DNA of 64,000 nucleotides, taken from Octopus vulgaris. Lineage: Eukaryota. Location of the stretch: positions 34,658,001 to 34,722,000 of the forward strand of contig OX597829.1 in NCBI GenBank assembly GCA_951406725.2, in the 5' to 3' direction. Shown here in pieces: positions 36,901-48,254 of this stretch. Position 1 is the first letter of the stretch. Every line of letters starts with the position of its first letter. Under the pieces are notes generated by a model, which saw nothing but the letters and a program-made list of their open reading frames with translations, was not told the origin of the DNA and made no database searches. The translations under genes and the position numbers were made by a program.

Positions 36901-37543
36901 GCAAATTAAGTTTAATTACCAATAAACATCAGCTTGAATGGCACTTTACTCAACCGAATAAAATATGTAAAATATGGCCCGGACTGTGATTTATGTTAGA
37001 CTTCAAAATGTAGTTTACCATTTAATGGTTTTAATACAGAAAAAGTAAGCATTATACCATTTAGCATAAATAAAAGTCAATTTCATTATATTTAAGCCCA
37101 TTAAATGAGTCAACTTCCAGTATGAATGCTTACATTTAGTGTATCTTTTTACAACAAAAAATTTCTAAAATAATTCTGGAAGCGATCTACTCATGTAATT
37201 TATGCACCCCCTAAAGCTTATTTTTATTTTTGTGAAAAAATGCTTAAATTACATGGGTTTTTACAGTATGTCTTCTCTCTCTACTGGTCACTTCTGTTTT
37301 TTTTGGGTTTTTTTCTCTGTCCTCTGTCTACTTTCTTTGATCTATATTAAGTTACGTTTTGTCCCCTTTGTATTCTTTTTACTTTTTTCTCTTCCTTTTT
37401 TTTGAGGGTGGGGGTTCTTATTCCCCCCTCCTCTTCTGTTATCTTCTTTGTTGCTTTTTGGAAACATAGAAGATAACAGATATCATCTATGTTCTCATTG
37501 CTACTTTTTACCTTCTGTATCCTTTCACCTCTTTCTTTTTCAG

Positions 37544-37612
37544 AAATATTAACAAAGGATGAATCAATTGACCGAACTGCTGATGAAGTAATGGCAGCAA
37601 TGAACTCTTTAG
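37544..37612 (+). CDS. TANGO1: TANGO1 exon: luminal region (symmetric phase 1-1, 69 nt)
   Basis: Strong pyrimidine tract + cag|, G|gtaaac donor. Encodes (K)ILTKDESIDRTADEVMAAMNSL. Confidence 0.75.
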
Positions 37613-37808
37613 GTAAACAATACATCATTAAAATACCCTCTCAGAGTTACGTCGACAGTACAATAAAATGTCTTTCCATTTCTTTTTTCTGCCTTCTATC
37701 TGTTTCATTTATCTTGTGTATTTTAAAAAATTTTCCTGCTGTTAATCCTTGTTTGTTTTTACTTGTCTAGCTTGTCTAGCTTGTTTGTTTTACTTGTCTA
37801 GCTTCTCT

Positions 37809-38157
37809 GAAGGCGCATGGCTCAGTGGTTAGAGCGTCGAGCTTACGATCGTGAGGTTGTGAGCTCAAATCCCGGACCGGGCTGCGTGTTGTGTTCTTGA
37901 GCAAGGCACTTTATTTCACGTTGCTCCAGTTCACTCAGCTGTAGAAATGAGTTGCGACGTCACTGGTGCCAAGCTGTATCGACCTTTGTCTTTCCCTTGG
38001 ATAACACTGGTGGCGTGGAGAGGGGAGGCTGGTATGCATGGGCGACTGCTGGTCTTCCATAAACAACCTCGCCCGGACTTGTGTCTAGGAGGGTAACTTA
38101 CTAGGTGCAATCCCATAGTCATTCATGACCGAAGGGGGTCTTTACCCCTTTACCCTT
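37809..38157 (+). mobile_element. Young tRNA-derived SINE (family A)
   Basis: A box tggctcagtgg, (tttaccc)n tail, 10-bp TSD tagcttctct at 37799-37808 and 38158-38167. Confidence 0.85.
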
Positions 38158-38343
38158 TAGCTTCTCTTTTTTATGGGGGGAGTTTCTTCTGCATGTACTT
38201 ATCACCTTTACCATTTTTTGTGCGTGTATGTTTTCTCGTTCTTGACTGTTCTGTTGCCTTTTTTTTGTTCTGTATTTCTTCTTGCTGTCATTAGTCTCTC
38301 TACTGTTTATTTAATATATCCTACATATTCTTGTTGGCTGCAG

Positions 38344-38516
38344 TGGCAAAAGATGAATGTACAGGTTATGTCAACTGCACGAAGCTGTCACTTTATACAC
38401 ATGCATTTGCTGTAGTTGAATCTATGTTTGGCCTAAGCCCATCTTATGCCACTGGTTGTCTGCTAATATTTGGTGTCCTTGGTGTTGGCTTTTGTCTCAC
38501 TGTCTTCTTTTTCTGA
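38344..38516 (+). CDS. Candidate alternative terminal exon of TANGO1 with C-terminal hydrophobic anchor
   Basis: ctgcag| acceptor in phase 1, matching the 37612 donor. Reads (V)AKDECTGYVNCTKLSLYTHAFAVVESMFGLSPSYATGCLLIFGVLGVGFCLTVFFF-stop. No canonical AATAAA seen downstream. Confidence 0.4.
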
Positions 38517-38943
38517 TGTTTATCTGTTTTCTCCCTGCTTTGTGTGCTCTATATATTATATTATTTCATCTTGTCTTATCATCTGACTCTGCCTTTGCTT
38601 TTTATACACTCATGTCTTCTGATTCTTTCCTTCTGTTATCTTTTGGCTCTCAGTCTTCTGTCTTGTCTCATCACCTTTTTTATTCTGTTCTTTTAATATA
38701 TTAATAACCATTATTTTTCTTTTTTTTTCATTTCATGTTCTAACCCCGCTTGAAAAACAAATTATACCATTCCATTATCATTACCTCTATCATCTTTATC
38801 AACATTGGGAAAAACCTTTGGAAACCTATAATCAACTTTGGAAAATATATTGAAAACTCTGAATACTGACTTAACATTATCTCAATTTATTCTTGTTCTT
38901 GTGTCCAAAAACAATTCACCAAAAACAATGACTATGATGCCAG

Positions 38944-40439
38944 GACAAAGATCACATGTGGACAATTTGCAGACAACTTTGTTAAGCAACAATGAAGGTT
39001 ATAGTGAAAATGGGAGGAAAGCTGCAGATATCGATGGCAGACAAGAACAAGAAAAGCAACAACAATGGCCACATGTGATGAAGACTTCACCAGTTAAGGA
39101 GTTCCAGCAAGACATGTCCACCTCAGCTTCAGTATTGTTATCATCTTCTTCTGATGCAACAACTGGCCATCCACATTCAGCAACACACATTAATGAAGCA
39201 ACATTCTATGACAATGAGCCAAACAGCAGTTCATTAGGATTTGACAGTGCACAAGCAAGCATAGTACCCACTCGTTCAGTAACTTTTGACAATAGAGCTT
39301 CGAAAAATTATGAGCAAAGACTTTCCTCAGAGGCCGATAAATTTTTACATACCTCCAATGGCAATGTTGATGGACAAGGCAGTGTGGGTTATGAAAGAAA
39401 CATGGAGACCATGAAGTTGACTTCTAGTAGTGGTGGCAGTGGCACAGCAACTGATGCTCCTGGAAGTACAATACCTTCTTCATGGGTGCATGCAACTGTG
39501 CCACCCATCACAGGTCATCACAGTGATGATAAGGATGACTCTATGAGGGGTACATCAATCTCTGTGTCACCCTCAACAACAAAACCCTTCTTAAGCAGTT
39601 CAATGAGTTATGATAACAGTGGTGGTGACAGTTCTAGCAATTATAATGATAGTGATAATGTTCCTGTTGTCGATCAAAGTTCGGAAAGATGGAATAGCAT
39701 AGGAGAAAGCAACAACAATGATATTCTTGCTAATGAAAATGGTGATGCTAATTCTGTTGTTGATGTTAATAGTAATGACAGAAATGCTGGTGGTGGGGTT
39801 GCCACAGCAACAGATCCAACTATGGCCACAATGACATCATCTCCTCCACATCTTGATTTAAGCGATGCATTCCACACGTCCGGATCGGAGTTCATGTCTC
39901 GAAAGACTCTTTCTGTATCATCAACATCAACAATGGCTGCAGCCTCCTCTTCATCATCTTTTGCTAATGGCAATGACCAGAAGAAGCAAGATGATTATGA
40001 CAGTCATCATGATGTTGATAATGAAGGAACAGAACATGAAGACGCAGGACTCAAGAATTCAAAAGAAAGCCACCATCATCATACTCATAATGGTAATGAA
40101 GAGTTTGCTTCATCAGCATCTCCACAAGGTGACCAATATGGAGACAAGCCAAAGCAGCCAGATGTACAGACAGATCATGGGGTACACAGCAGAGACGATC
40201 ATCACGATAACAACAACAATCACTATCATCATGATCATTCACATCAACATCTATCATCATCAATGGAAAATGAGGCAGCAAAAGAGCGGAATGAAAATGA
40301 GGCGAGTCATTCAGGGGAATCAAACGACCATCACCACAGAACTGTTAACCAAGATGACTCGGGAGAATCAACAATGTCGATGTGGTGCAGGTATTTTGCT
40401 GCAAAGATCGACATTTTTGTTAACTACATTGTGGACATG
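38944..40439 (+). CDS. TANGO1: TANGO1 large luminal exon (1496 nt; Ser/Asp/Asn/His-rich, low complexity, ends in juxtamembrane hydrophobic segment)
   Basis: Lies within the 545-aa ORF 38838..40475. Acceptor is the first AG after a long AG-free zone (ccag|GA, phase 1); donor ATG|gtgagt, phase 0. Ends in WCRYFAAKIDIFVNYIVDM. Confidence 0.88.
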
Positions 40440-40539
40440 GTGAGTATAGACACACAAACACACACATACGTATAAACATTGACATAAAAATATATGTACA
40501 TGTGGGTGGGTGTATGTGTCTGTATGTGTATGTGTGTGC

Positions 40540-40574
<35 letters not shown>

Positions 40575-40611
40575 GTTGTTCCATTTTTCCAGTGGAATGC
40601 CGAAAGTAATT

Positions 40612-40657
<46 letters not shown>

Positions 40658-40810
40658 GGATATATATTATAAAAATTGATAGATATTTATATATACATAA
40701 AAAACCTCGGACAGATATATGTTGGGATATATACATATTTATGAGGTTATATATATATATATATATGAAATAGAAACACTTGTATACACATGGAAATGTG
40801 CTCTTGTAAT

Positions 40811-41044
40811 GCAGTTAATTCAAGGAAGTGAAGTATTCATTAGGGATTATATAATCCAAGATATTCCGTTGGTTCAATCCATCATCCATTTATTCTCCGT
40901 TTTCTTCTTGTTTTTTCCTTGATATTAATAATTTTAATAATCCTAAACATATACAAATGACTTTACCATTATATGATATGGAATCAACCAGTGGAATACC
41001 TATATACAATCCCTAATGAGGGCTTAACTTTCTCGAATTAACTA
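40811..41044. repeat. Imperfect inverted repeat (MITE-like fold-back)
   Basis: agttaattc...cattagggatt...tattccgttggtt pairs with aaccagtggaata...aatccctaatg...gaattaact. Confidence 0.6.
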
Positions 41045-42248
41045 TATATCATATTGTATGAACAAATACGTATCTATCTCTGTCTGTTCTGTCTACCTGC
41101 CTGTCTCCCATTTACCAACTTCAAATGTAAACAGTCGTGTATGTGTGGGTGTGTATGTGGGTGGGTGTGTGTGTATGTACATGCATGTGTGTACAGAGAG
41201 AGAGAGAAACATACCCACCGACTTATGTATGTATATCATATTTATATATGTATATAGTGATATAGTTTTAAGTATGTTATAGAGAGTATGGGCTATTTAT
41301 GGAGTGCTCATAGAGAGCCAATGCAAAATATTACAAAGTAAAAGAAAATGAGAACGCAAATCCTAGGCAGTCAACCAAATTCCTGAACGCATAAATGAAG
41401 ATATTCAATCAATGTAATTAAATCATATATATTTATACACATTAACATAAATCATGCATGTACTGGCGTAAAGATTCTCCAGGGGTATAAGGAGTAAAAC
41501 CAAACATACATAAAAATATAGGAGAGATATAAAAGCATATAAAAATACATATAAAATCACATATAAATAAGGATTGTATGTAAAAAGTTATGTGTGATAA
41601 ATACAGGGGGCACAAAGTGAATGAGAGGTTGATAAATATAGGAATAAAAATGTCAGTCTTCAAAATGGCAGACTGCCTAAATCTAAAATTACTAATATAT
41701 CTAAAATATGATGGCAGCCACCAAGGAGTACATCATCCTGATGATAGGTACATTATATATATATATATATGGAAGTTTTCATTTTTTAAGCCTGACCAGT
41801 AATGTAACCTTGAAGCGGCCATTGATGGAGCAACCTCCTATTTTTTTGGATCCTTTTTATTTACTGCTCTTAACCTTGATATCTTGTGTCACCTTTATCT
41901 CATATTTTAGATGTATTAGAAATTTTAGACAATTTAGGTGATATAGAAAATTGTACCCAGTATATTTGTAAAGTGGTTGGCATTAGAAGAGCATCTAATC
42001 ATAGAAATCAAACCTGAAATGTAACTTGTAAACTAGATGTGGTTCCTAAGCCATGTAAGAGAGCAGAAATGACTCATCCAATTCTAGCCACCATGCTGAG
42101 TTGATATAAAACAATAACAGCAGTAATGATGGTAATAGTGATAGAAAAAAAAGAGAGAAAGAACAATATGAACATATACACCTACGCACACACATACATT
42201 TACAGAGATTCACACACACTTGTATATACAGGCACATTTATATTACAG

Positions 42249-42377
42249 GCTCCTGATAGTATCCGAGATATCGTCCAACAGGAGACACTGGGTATCCCAA
42301 CTCATGTGGTGGTCCTAGCTCCAATATTCAGTCTGGTGTTTCTCATTGGATATCTTCTTTGTACCTCATGTTCAAAC
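42249..42377 (+). CDS. TANGO1: TANGO1 transmembrane exon
   Basis: ttacag| and |gtaagt, phase 0 to 0. Encodes APDSIRDIVQQETLGIPTHVVVLAPIFSLVFLIGYLLCTSCSN, resembling the TANGO1/cTAGE5 P...GxP-TM segment. Confidence 0.9.
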
Positions 42378-43126
42378 GTAAGTACACTTTTTTTTGCATA
42401 TATACATGTACTTTTTTTGCATTTGAGTGTGTTTAGTTTTATCTATGTGTGTGCACATGTGCTTCACTGCACATCACTTTGGATCAGTGTGTTCTGCTAC
42501 AGCTCTGGGCTGATCAGGACCTTTGGAGTAGATTTCGTAGACAAAAACTTAAAGAAGAATGTTGTGTATATGTGTGTGCATATATGTGAGAGCATGTATA
42601 TATGTGTGTGTGTGTGTGTTTTATCTGCAATCACTTCTATGGTGTGATAGGTAGCATTGTCTCTTTCTTCTGTCAACAAATCCAATCATTTCAGTCTTTG
42701 GAAGCAGCCATGAAGGGCATGTATGACTATGTAAAAGACAAAAACAGATAGATGCAAATAAAGCAATTTCATCAACCAACCATTTTGATTTCAGCTCTTG
42801 GAAAAAGTTGGTGTAATTCATCAAGAAAGTGTTAGGTTTAACATGAAACAAAACAAAAACATGTCTTAAAACTGTAAACAAACAACACACACCACGCACG
42901 CACACAGACACACACACAGACACACACACACGCCCGCACACACACACACGCGTACTTATAAGTTAAGTTTAAAATTAAAATTAAGGTTTAGATAGGACAC
43001 ATTAAAATGCTGTATCCAAACCTTGTTTTGTTTTGGGTAAATCTCAGGTAGAATGCCTGTAGAGTATGTTCATCACTTACAGTTACCAGTTACAATCCGT
43101 CTTCTGTCTGTATCAATCATTTTATA

Positions 43127-43189
<63 letters not shown>

Positions 43190-44078
43190 TCTTTTATTCT
43201 TTTGCTTGTTTCAGTCATTTGACTGTGGCCATGCTGGAGCACCACAACTTATTTTTTTATAAGCCTAGTACTTATTCTATTGGTCCCTTATACATAACCA
43301 CTAGGTTACATGGATGTAAACACACCGACGTTGGTTGTCAAGCAATAATGGGGAGACAAACAAGCACATATATATAATATATTTCTCTCTATATATAATA
43401 TATCTCTCCCTATATATAAAAAATATATAAATATATATGCATAAAATATATATTTATAAAATATATATACATATATATTTTAGATATCTTGCAAACAACT
43501 TGCACATGCAAGTGCTACCAGTTAAAAGCTCCGTATATCGGAAGCTAGCAAGTGTATGGGGTCATCAGGAGAGAATGCGCGCCGTTTCGGGGCCTACCTC
43601 TCGACGGCATCAATGCGCACCGGCCCCCCTTACTGATATGAGGCCCCGCTTGCTAGATCAGCTGGTTATGATGAACTCAATATAATATATTATATATATA
43701 TTTATATATATATATTATATTTTTATACATATATATTTATATATATATATATATATTTTATGTATATATGTCTATATACTTTATTTATATATATAATATA
43801 TATTATATATTTATTATATATATATATATATATTATATATATTTTACCTTTGTAGCAGTTGACAATTATAATTGCATACCAGTCATTTGGTATCATTCTT
43901 TCCTCACCAGTTGACTATGTGAGCAACAAGCTTGAGTTTACTTCATTTGATATTTTCAATAATTCAGTAGCAATACCTGGAGGATCTACTGCTTTTTCTT
44001 GCATATGTTTGCATGTTTTTATATATGCATGTACTTGTAGGCATATATTATTTCTACTTCTGTTTCTTCTACATGCAG

Positions 44079-44109
44079 GGGAGCAATAAACCAAAGGAGA
44101 ATCCACTCT
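44079..44109 (+). CDS. TANGO1: TANGO1 31-nt microexon (cytosolic juxtamembrane)
   Basis: atgcag| and |gtaagt, phase 0 to 1. Encodes GSNKPKENPL and is needed to keep frame between its neighbours. Confidence 0.8.
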
Positions 44110-45116
44110 GTAAGTTTTTAATTTCAGTATTGTGCGTGTATGTGAGTTTGAGTGTGTGTATGTGTGTCTGCGTGTGTGTTTGTGTGTACAAGTGTATTGT
44201 TTTAAACAGGATTATTTCATCATGCCAAATAGTTTTGAGTGATTGATCTCACAGTGGACCATATTCCTCTGAAAGTTTATAATAACGATCTAATAAATGG
44301 TAGCTGGAATATTTAAACCTATTAGACATCTTTAATTGGCCTTATAGGTGATGTGAAGCCTTTTTAAAAAAGTATCTGGAGTTGAGCTATTCTATCAGAC
44401 ATTCATCCATCCATTTTTGTCACCAACCATTTCTGGATGGATTATCTTGATAGAGTCTTCAGATACCACCTCCTTGGGATCATATCAGAAGCAACTATCA
44501 TTACCCTTTGCTGCTGCATTCCCTAGCATGACCAACTGAGACAATGGCTATTATCCAACCATTTCACACTTGGTCTAGCCCCAGGTCTACTGCCAATTAG
44601 CTCAGCTTGATGAATCTGTCTTGTAATTCTTTCCTACAACATTCTTACCAAATGTCCATTGTACCAGAGCTGTGATTTTTCAATACCAGGAAATAGCAAT
44701 TTGACCTAGGGAGAAACTGACAGTACAATAGAGATGTTATTGTTTCACTTTGGGCACATAATACTGAAATAATGTAAGAGATAAGAGATTGCTCCGGGAT
44801 CACATTAGGCAAGAAGTTGAAAATTTTCTTGGCCCTTGACACTGCATGGATCCTAAGTAAGGCATGTGCAAAATTTGAATGAAATCAGTTGGGTCATTCT
44901 TGAATTTTAGTGATGCACACAGACAGACACACATTCTCAATTTTATATATATAGATATATATGTACACGTGTTTATGAACATATGTATGTGTGTGTGTGT
45001 GTGTATGAGTATATATATATGTATATATATATGTGTGTGTGTGTGTGTGTATATATGTATATTTCACATATATTTGTGTATTTATTATCATTAACTTCAT
45101 TATTATTATTTCTCAG

Positions 45117-45205
45117 CAATTATCCGAAACCTTGAAGAGAAGCTATTCATCACAACAAAGGAAAATGAGATTCTTGAGGACAAGGTTCAAACCATGTGTG
45201 AGAAG
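45117..45205 (+). CDS. TANGO1: TANGO1 coiled-coil exon
   Basis: tctcag| and AAG|gtactg, phase 1 to 0. Encodes (S)IIRNLEEKLFITTKENEILEDKVQTMCEK. Confidence 0.85.
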
Positions 45206-45210
45206 GTACT

Positions 45211-45294
45211 GTATTATTATTATCATCGTTATTATTATTATTATTATTATTATCATCATCTTTATTGTTATTATTATTATTATCATCATCTTTA

Positions 45295-45332
<38 letters not shown>

Positions 45333-45351
45333 GTTGTTGTTGTTATTATAC

Positions 45352-45416
<65 letters not shown>

Positions 45417-45428
45417 GTTGTTGTTGTT
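45211..45428. repeat. (TAT)n/(TGT)n trinucleotide microsatellite
   Basis: Visible directly; starts a few nt after the exon donor at 45205. Confidence 0.95.
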
Positions 45429-46299
45429 CAAAGGCTTTTAAAGTTGCTTCCATATTTTTAAATGCCTTGGAATTTTATATATCATGTGTTTTAAAATAGA
45501 TTTTATTCCTAATAATGTGACCTTTGTCACCTTTTGACCAGAAATGACTCATCGCTTCTTACAAGTATATGTTTGTCATATCCCATTCTAGTCTTTTTTA
45601 GTAATATCTTCCAACATATAACCCCCTACTAATTTGCTTCTTCTTCTAGTACTCTCTATACTATCCCACTCTTTCTTTCCTCTACTCTGTCCTTCCCTCG
45701 TTCTTATGATATCTGTGTTGGGCCAACTTTAATTCCTTACATTCTTTCTCCTATCCTAGCCTTAACTCTATCTTTTGGTCTTCCTTCTCTACTAGTTACT
45801 ACACCCCTCACTTTCCACTTAGCTTCTTTTCACTCTCTGCATATATTACCAGTTCATTCTTTCACTCTTTTTCCCCCTTATCTCCCCCCCCCCCCCACTT
45901 CCTGCATAAACCAATAGAAAGAGGTGCAGTTTCATAGCTTCTGAATCATAAATTCTCTCCTGAGGCGTAGTGCATATGTACATTCTTTTCACTGAATCAA
46001 AGTCTGCCAGATCTTATATATTAAAAATGGGGAAGGTATACTGCTCTTCATCGTAGAGTGTGCTTCTTCTTTTGAATTTATGTGTTTTACAAATGATATA
46101 TATACATATATATGCAATATTAAGGATTCGGGAGAGAATCAGGTACTTAAATGATAGGCACCGGGTTCAATTGAATTAACTTGTAAACACCTCCTTTAGT
46201 CAAATAAATATACTGGATACTGAAGTACATCCAGTGAAATATTCAGGTTATGTATACTGAAAATTTAACACTAGGGGCCTGTCTAACGCACATGTTGTG

Positions 46300-46680
46300 T
46301 TGATTACTAATTTATGTCTGCTTTCTGGTCACTGTATGGCTGAAAATGTGGTTTACAGGTGTAATGTGATGACAGTGAGTAATACTTACATTTATATAGG
46401 TTGCTCTGTAAATCTGAAACAGCAATTACGCAGCCATTTATCATCTCTTAAATTAAGGTTTGGGAGCTCCAAGATGATAACATCTAATTCAGTTTAAAAT
46501 GGGATATAATTAGGGTGGCAAAACCATTCTCTAAAAGCAGATACAAGTGCAGACTATGGTGTATGGTGTTGTATGAAATATTAAATTGTAGGGAAAAGTG
46601 AAAATTTAATTAATAATAAATTAAACCTTCATCTTTCATGTATCCATAAAGTAACCTGTACCTTTAAATATTTTGAAGGC
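46300..46680 (+). mobile_element. Penelope-like element GIY-YIG relic (second family)
   Basis: CLLSGHCMAENVVYRCNV...YIG...LKQQLRSHLSSL followed by WDIIRVAKPF...CRL. Confidence 0.65.
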
Positions 46681-48254
46681 ATTACATAACCTCTCTATTT
46701 AGTTTTAGCCAACAGTGCAGTACCCTTAATCTTCTCACTTTTCTTATATGTAGGCCTAAACTGTCTAATGAATGGCATGATCATCTAGCAAGATTTTTCC
46801 CATTCCACTAAGTTCTATCCCTAATTAATCTATATATCCTGAAACTATTATTTGTGTTGCATGTGATGATGAAGGAACATATCATCTAACTCTATTTACC
46901 TAGAACTAAGGATTTGTGGTAACCTATCGGATTTAATCATATATAATAGCGGTCTATACATTCTAAATAACTAATAATCTTCATGGCATCTATAAAACAA
47001 ACTATAAAGTTAACTAATAGATAACTGCATGTGTGATAGTGTACTAAAGATTCTGGCATGTGTTGGACAGTTCAACAGGACCTAAGAAGTCAGAGGGCTG
47101 CATTGTGCTTCAATATCTGCTTTGGCATAGTTCCTACAGCTTGATGCCTTTCCTAACACCAACTTCTTTAGAGATTATACTGGATGCTTTTTGCATAGTA
47201 CCAACACTAGTAAAGTTGCCACATAGCTTACAAGATTAAGATTCCCTTTGATTGAATAAGGTTATAGTAAAGAAGTAGATAGTTTTGTGTTAGGTGGTAA
47301 GAAGCAGCTGAAACAGATATCTTATTGTCAGGAGATCCATAACTACTTGCATTACACAAGAGTGGATAAAAGTAAGGAGAATGGAGCCAGCAAGAGAGAT
47401 AAACAAAAGTAGTGGTGATGAGGTGTCAAAGTGGAACCTCATGTTACATAAAGATGAGTAGAGATAGAAGCACAGGTAGGGTGTTTTGGGTAGATGTTGC
47501 AAGAGTGTATGGTGATAATGAAGGTTGATTGGAGGTTTTGACTGGGTTGAAGGGTAGATGCAATGAATGGTGCACAAAGGTGGAGATGTGATCAATGATA
47601 CATATGAGTTGGATGAAAGACAGGGAAAAGTAGGTGATGACTGACCATACAGAAAAGAGAATAGTGGTAATTTTATAGTACAAGGGAAAGATGAAAAGGA
47701 GATATTGTGCAGGTGGGTAAGTTGCAAGAGTTTGAGAAGAGAAACAAATGCAGTGTGTGGGGAGGGTTGTATGATGTTGGAAAATGAGAGATGCGTGATC
47801 AATGTAAAATGTGAGTGGAGTTGGACAGTGTTAAGAATGAAGGATGGATGTCAAATGAAATTGGTTCCAGATAGTAAGATAGAAAAAGATGATGATGAAA
47901 TATTCCACTGCTCTCATTTCATGACAGCAGTGGAATATTGCAGGTAGGCAGATGATGGAGGCATCAATGATAGAGAGACAATAAATGTTGGGGAAGCCTT
48001 GAGAAGGAAACTGGGCAAAGGACTTGGTTGTAGTTATACACGTTATGCTTCCAAAACCTCAATGTCACCAAGTTCAGATGGTCTTCTTGAGCACTTCATT
48101 ACATCAGTCATTCTGCTCCTTTGTCATCTGTATAGGTTCTAAGTCCTGATATCAGCCTTCACTACTTAGTTTCATGTCTTTTTGAGTCTCTCTCTTCCAT
48201 AAGTTCCATCCACATTAAGTAACCAGCACTTTATTCAACAGTCTTCTTCTCTCA

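Noticed and set aside
38838-40475. 545-aa ORF as a stand-alone intronless gene
   Set aside because: It has splice sites in phase with flanking TANGO1 exons and starts at a TTG; it is better explained as the large internal exon.
44700-44955. Second non-autonomous Helitron on the minus strand
   Set aside because: A 5' TC(tatatatataaaa) end similar to 18556 is present, but I could not find the 3' hairpin and CTAG, so it is not listed as a feature.
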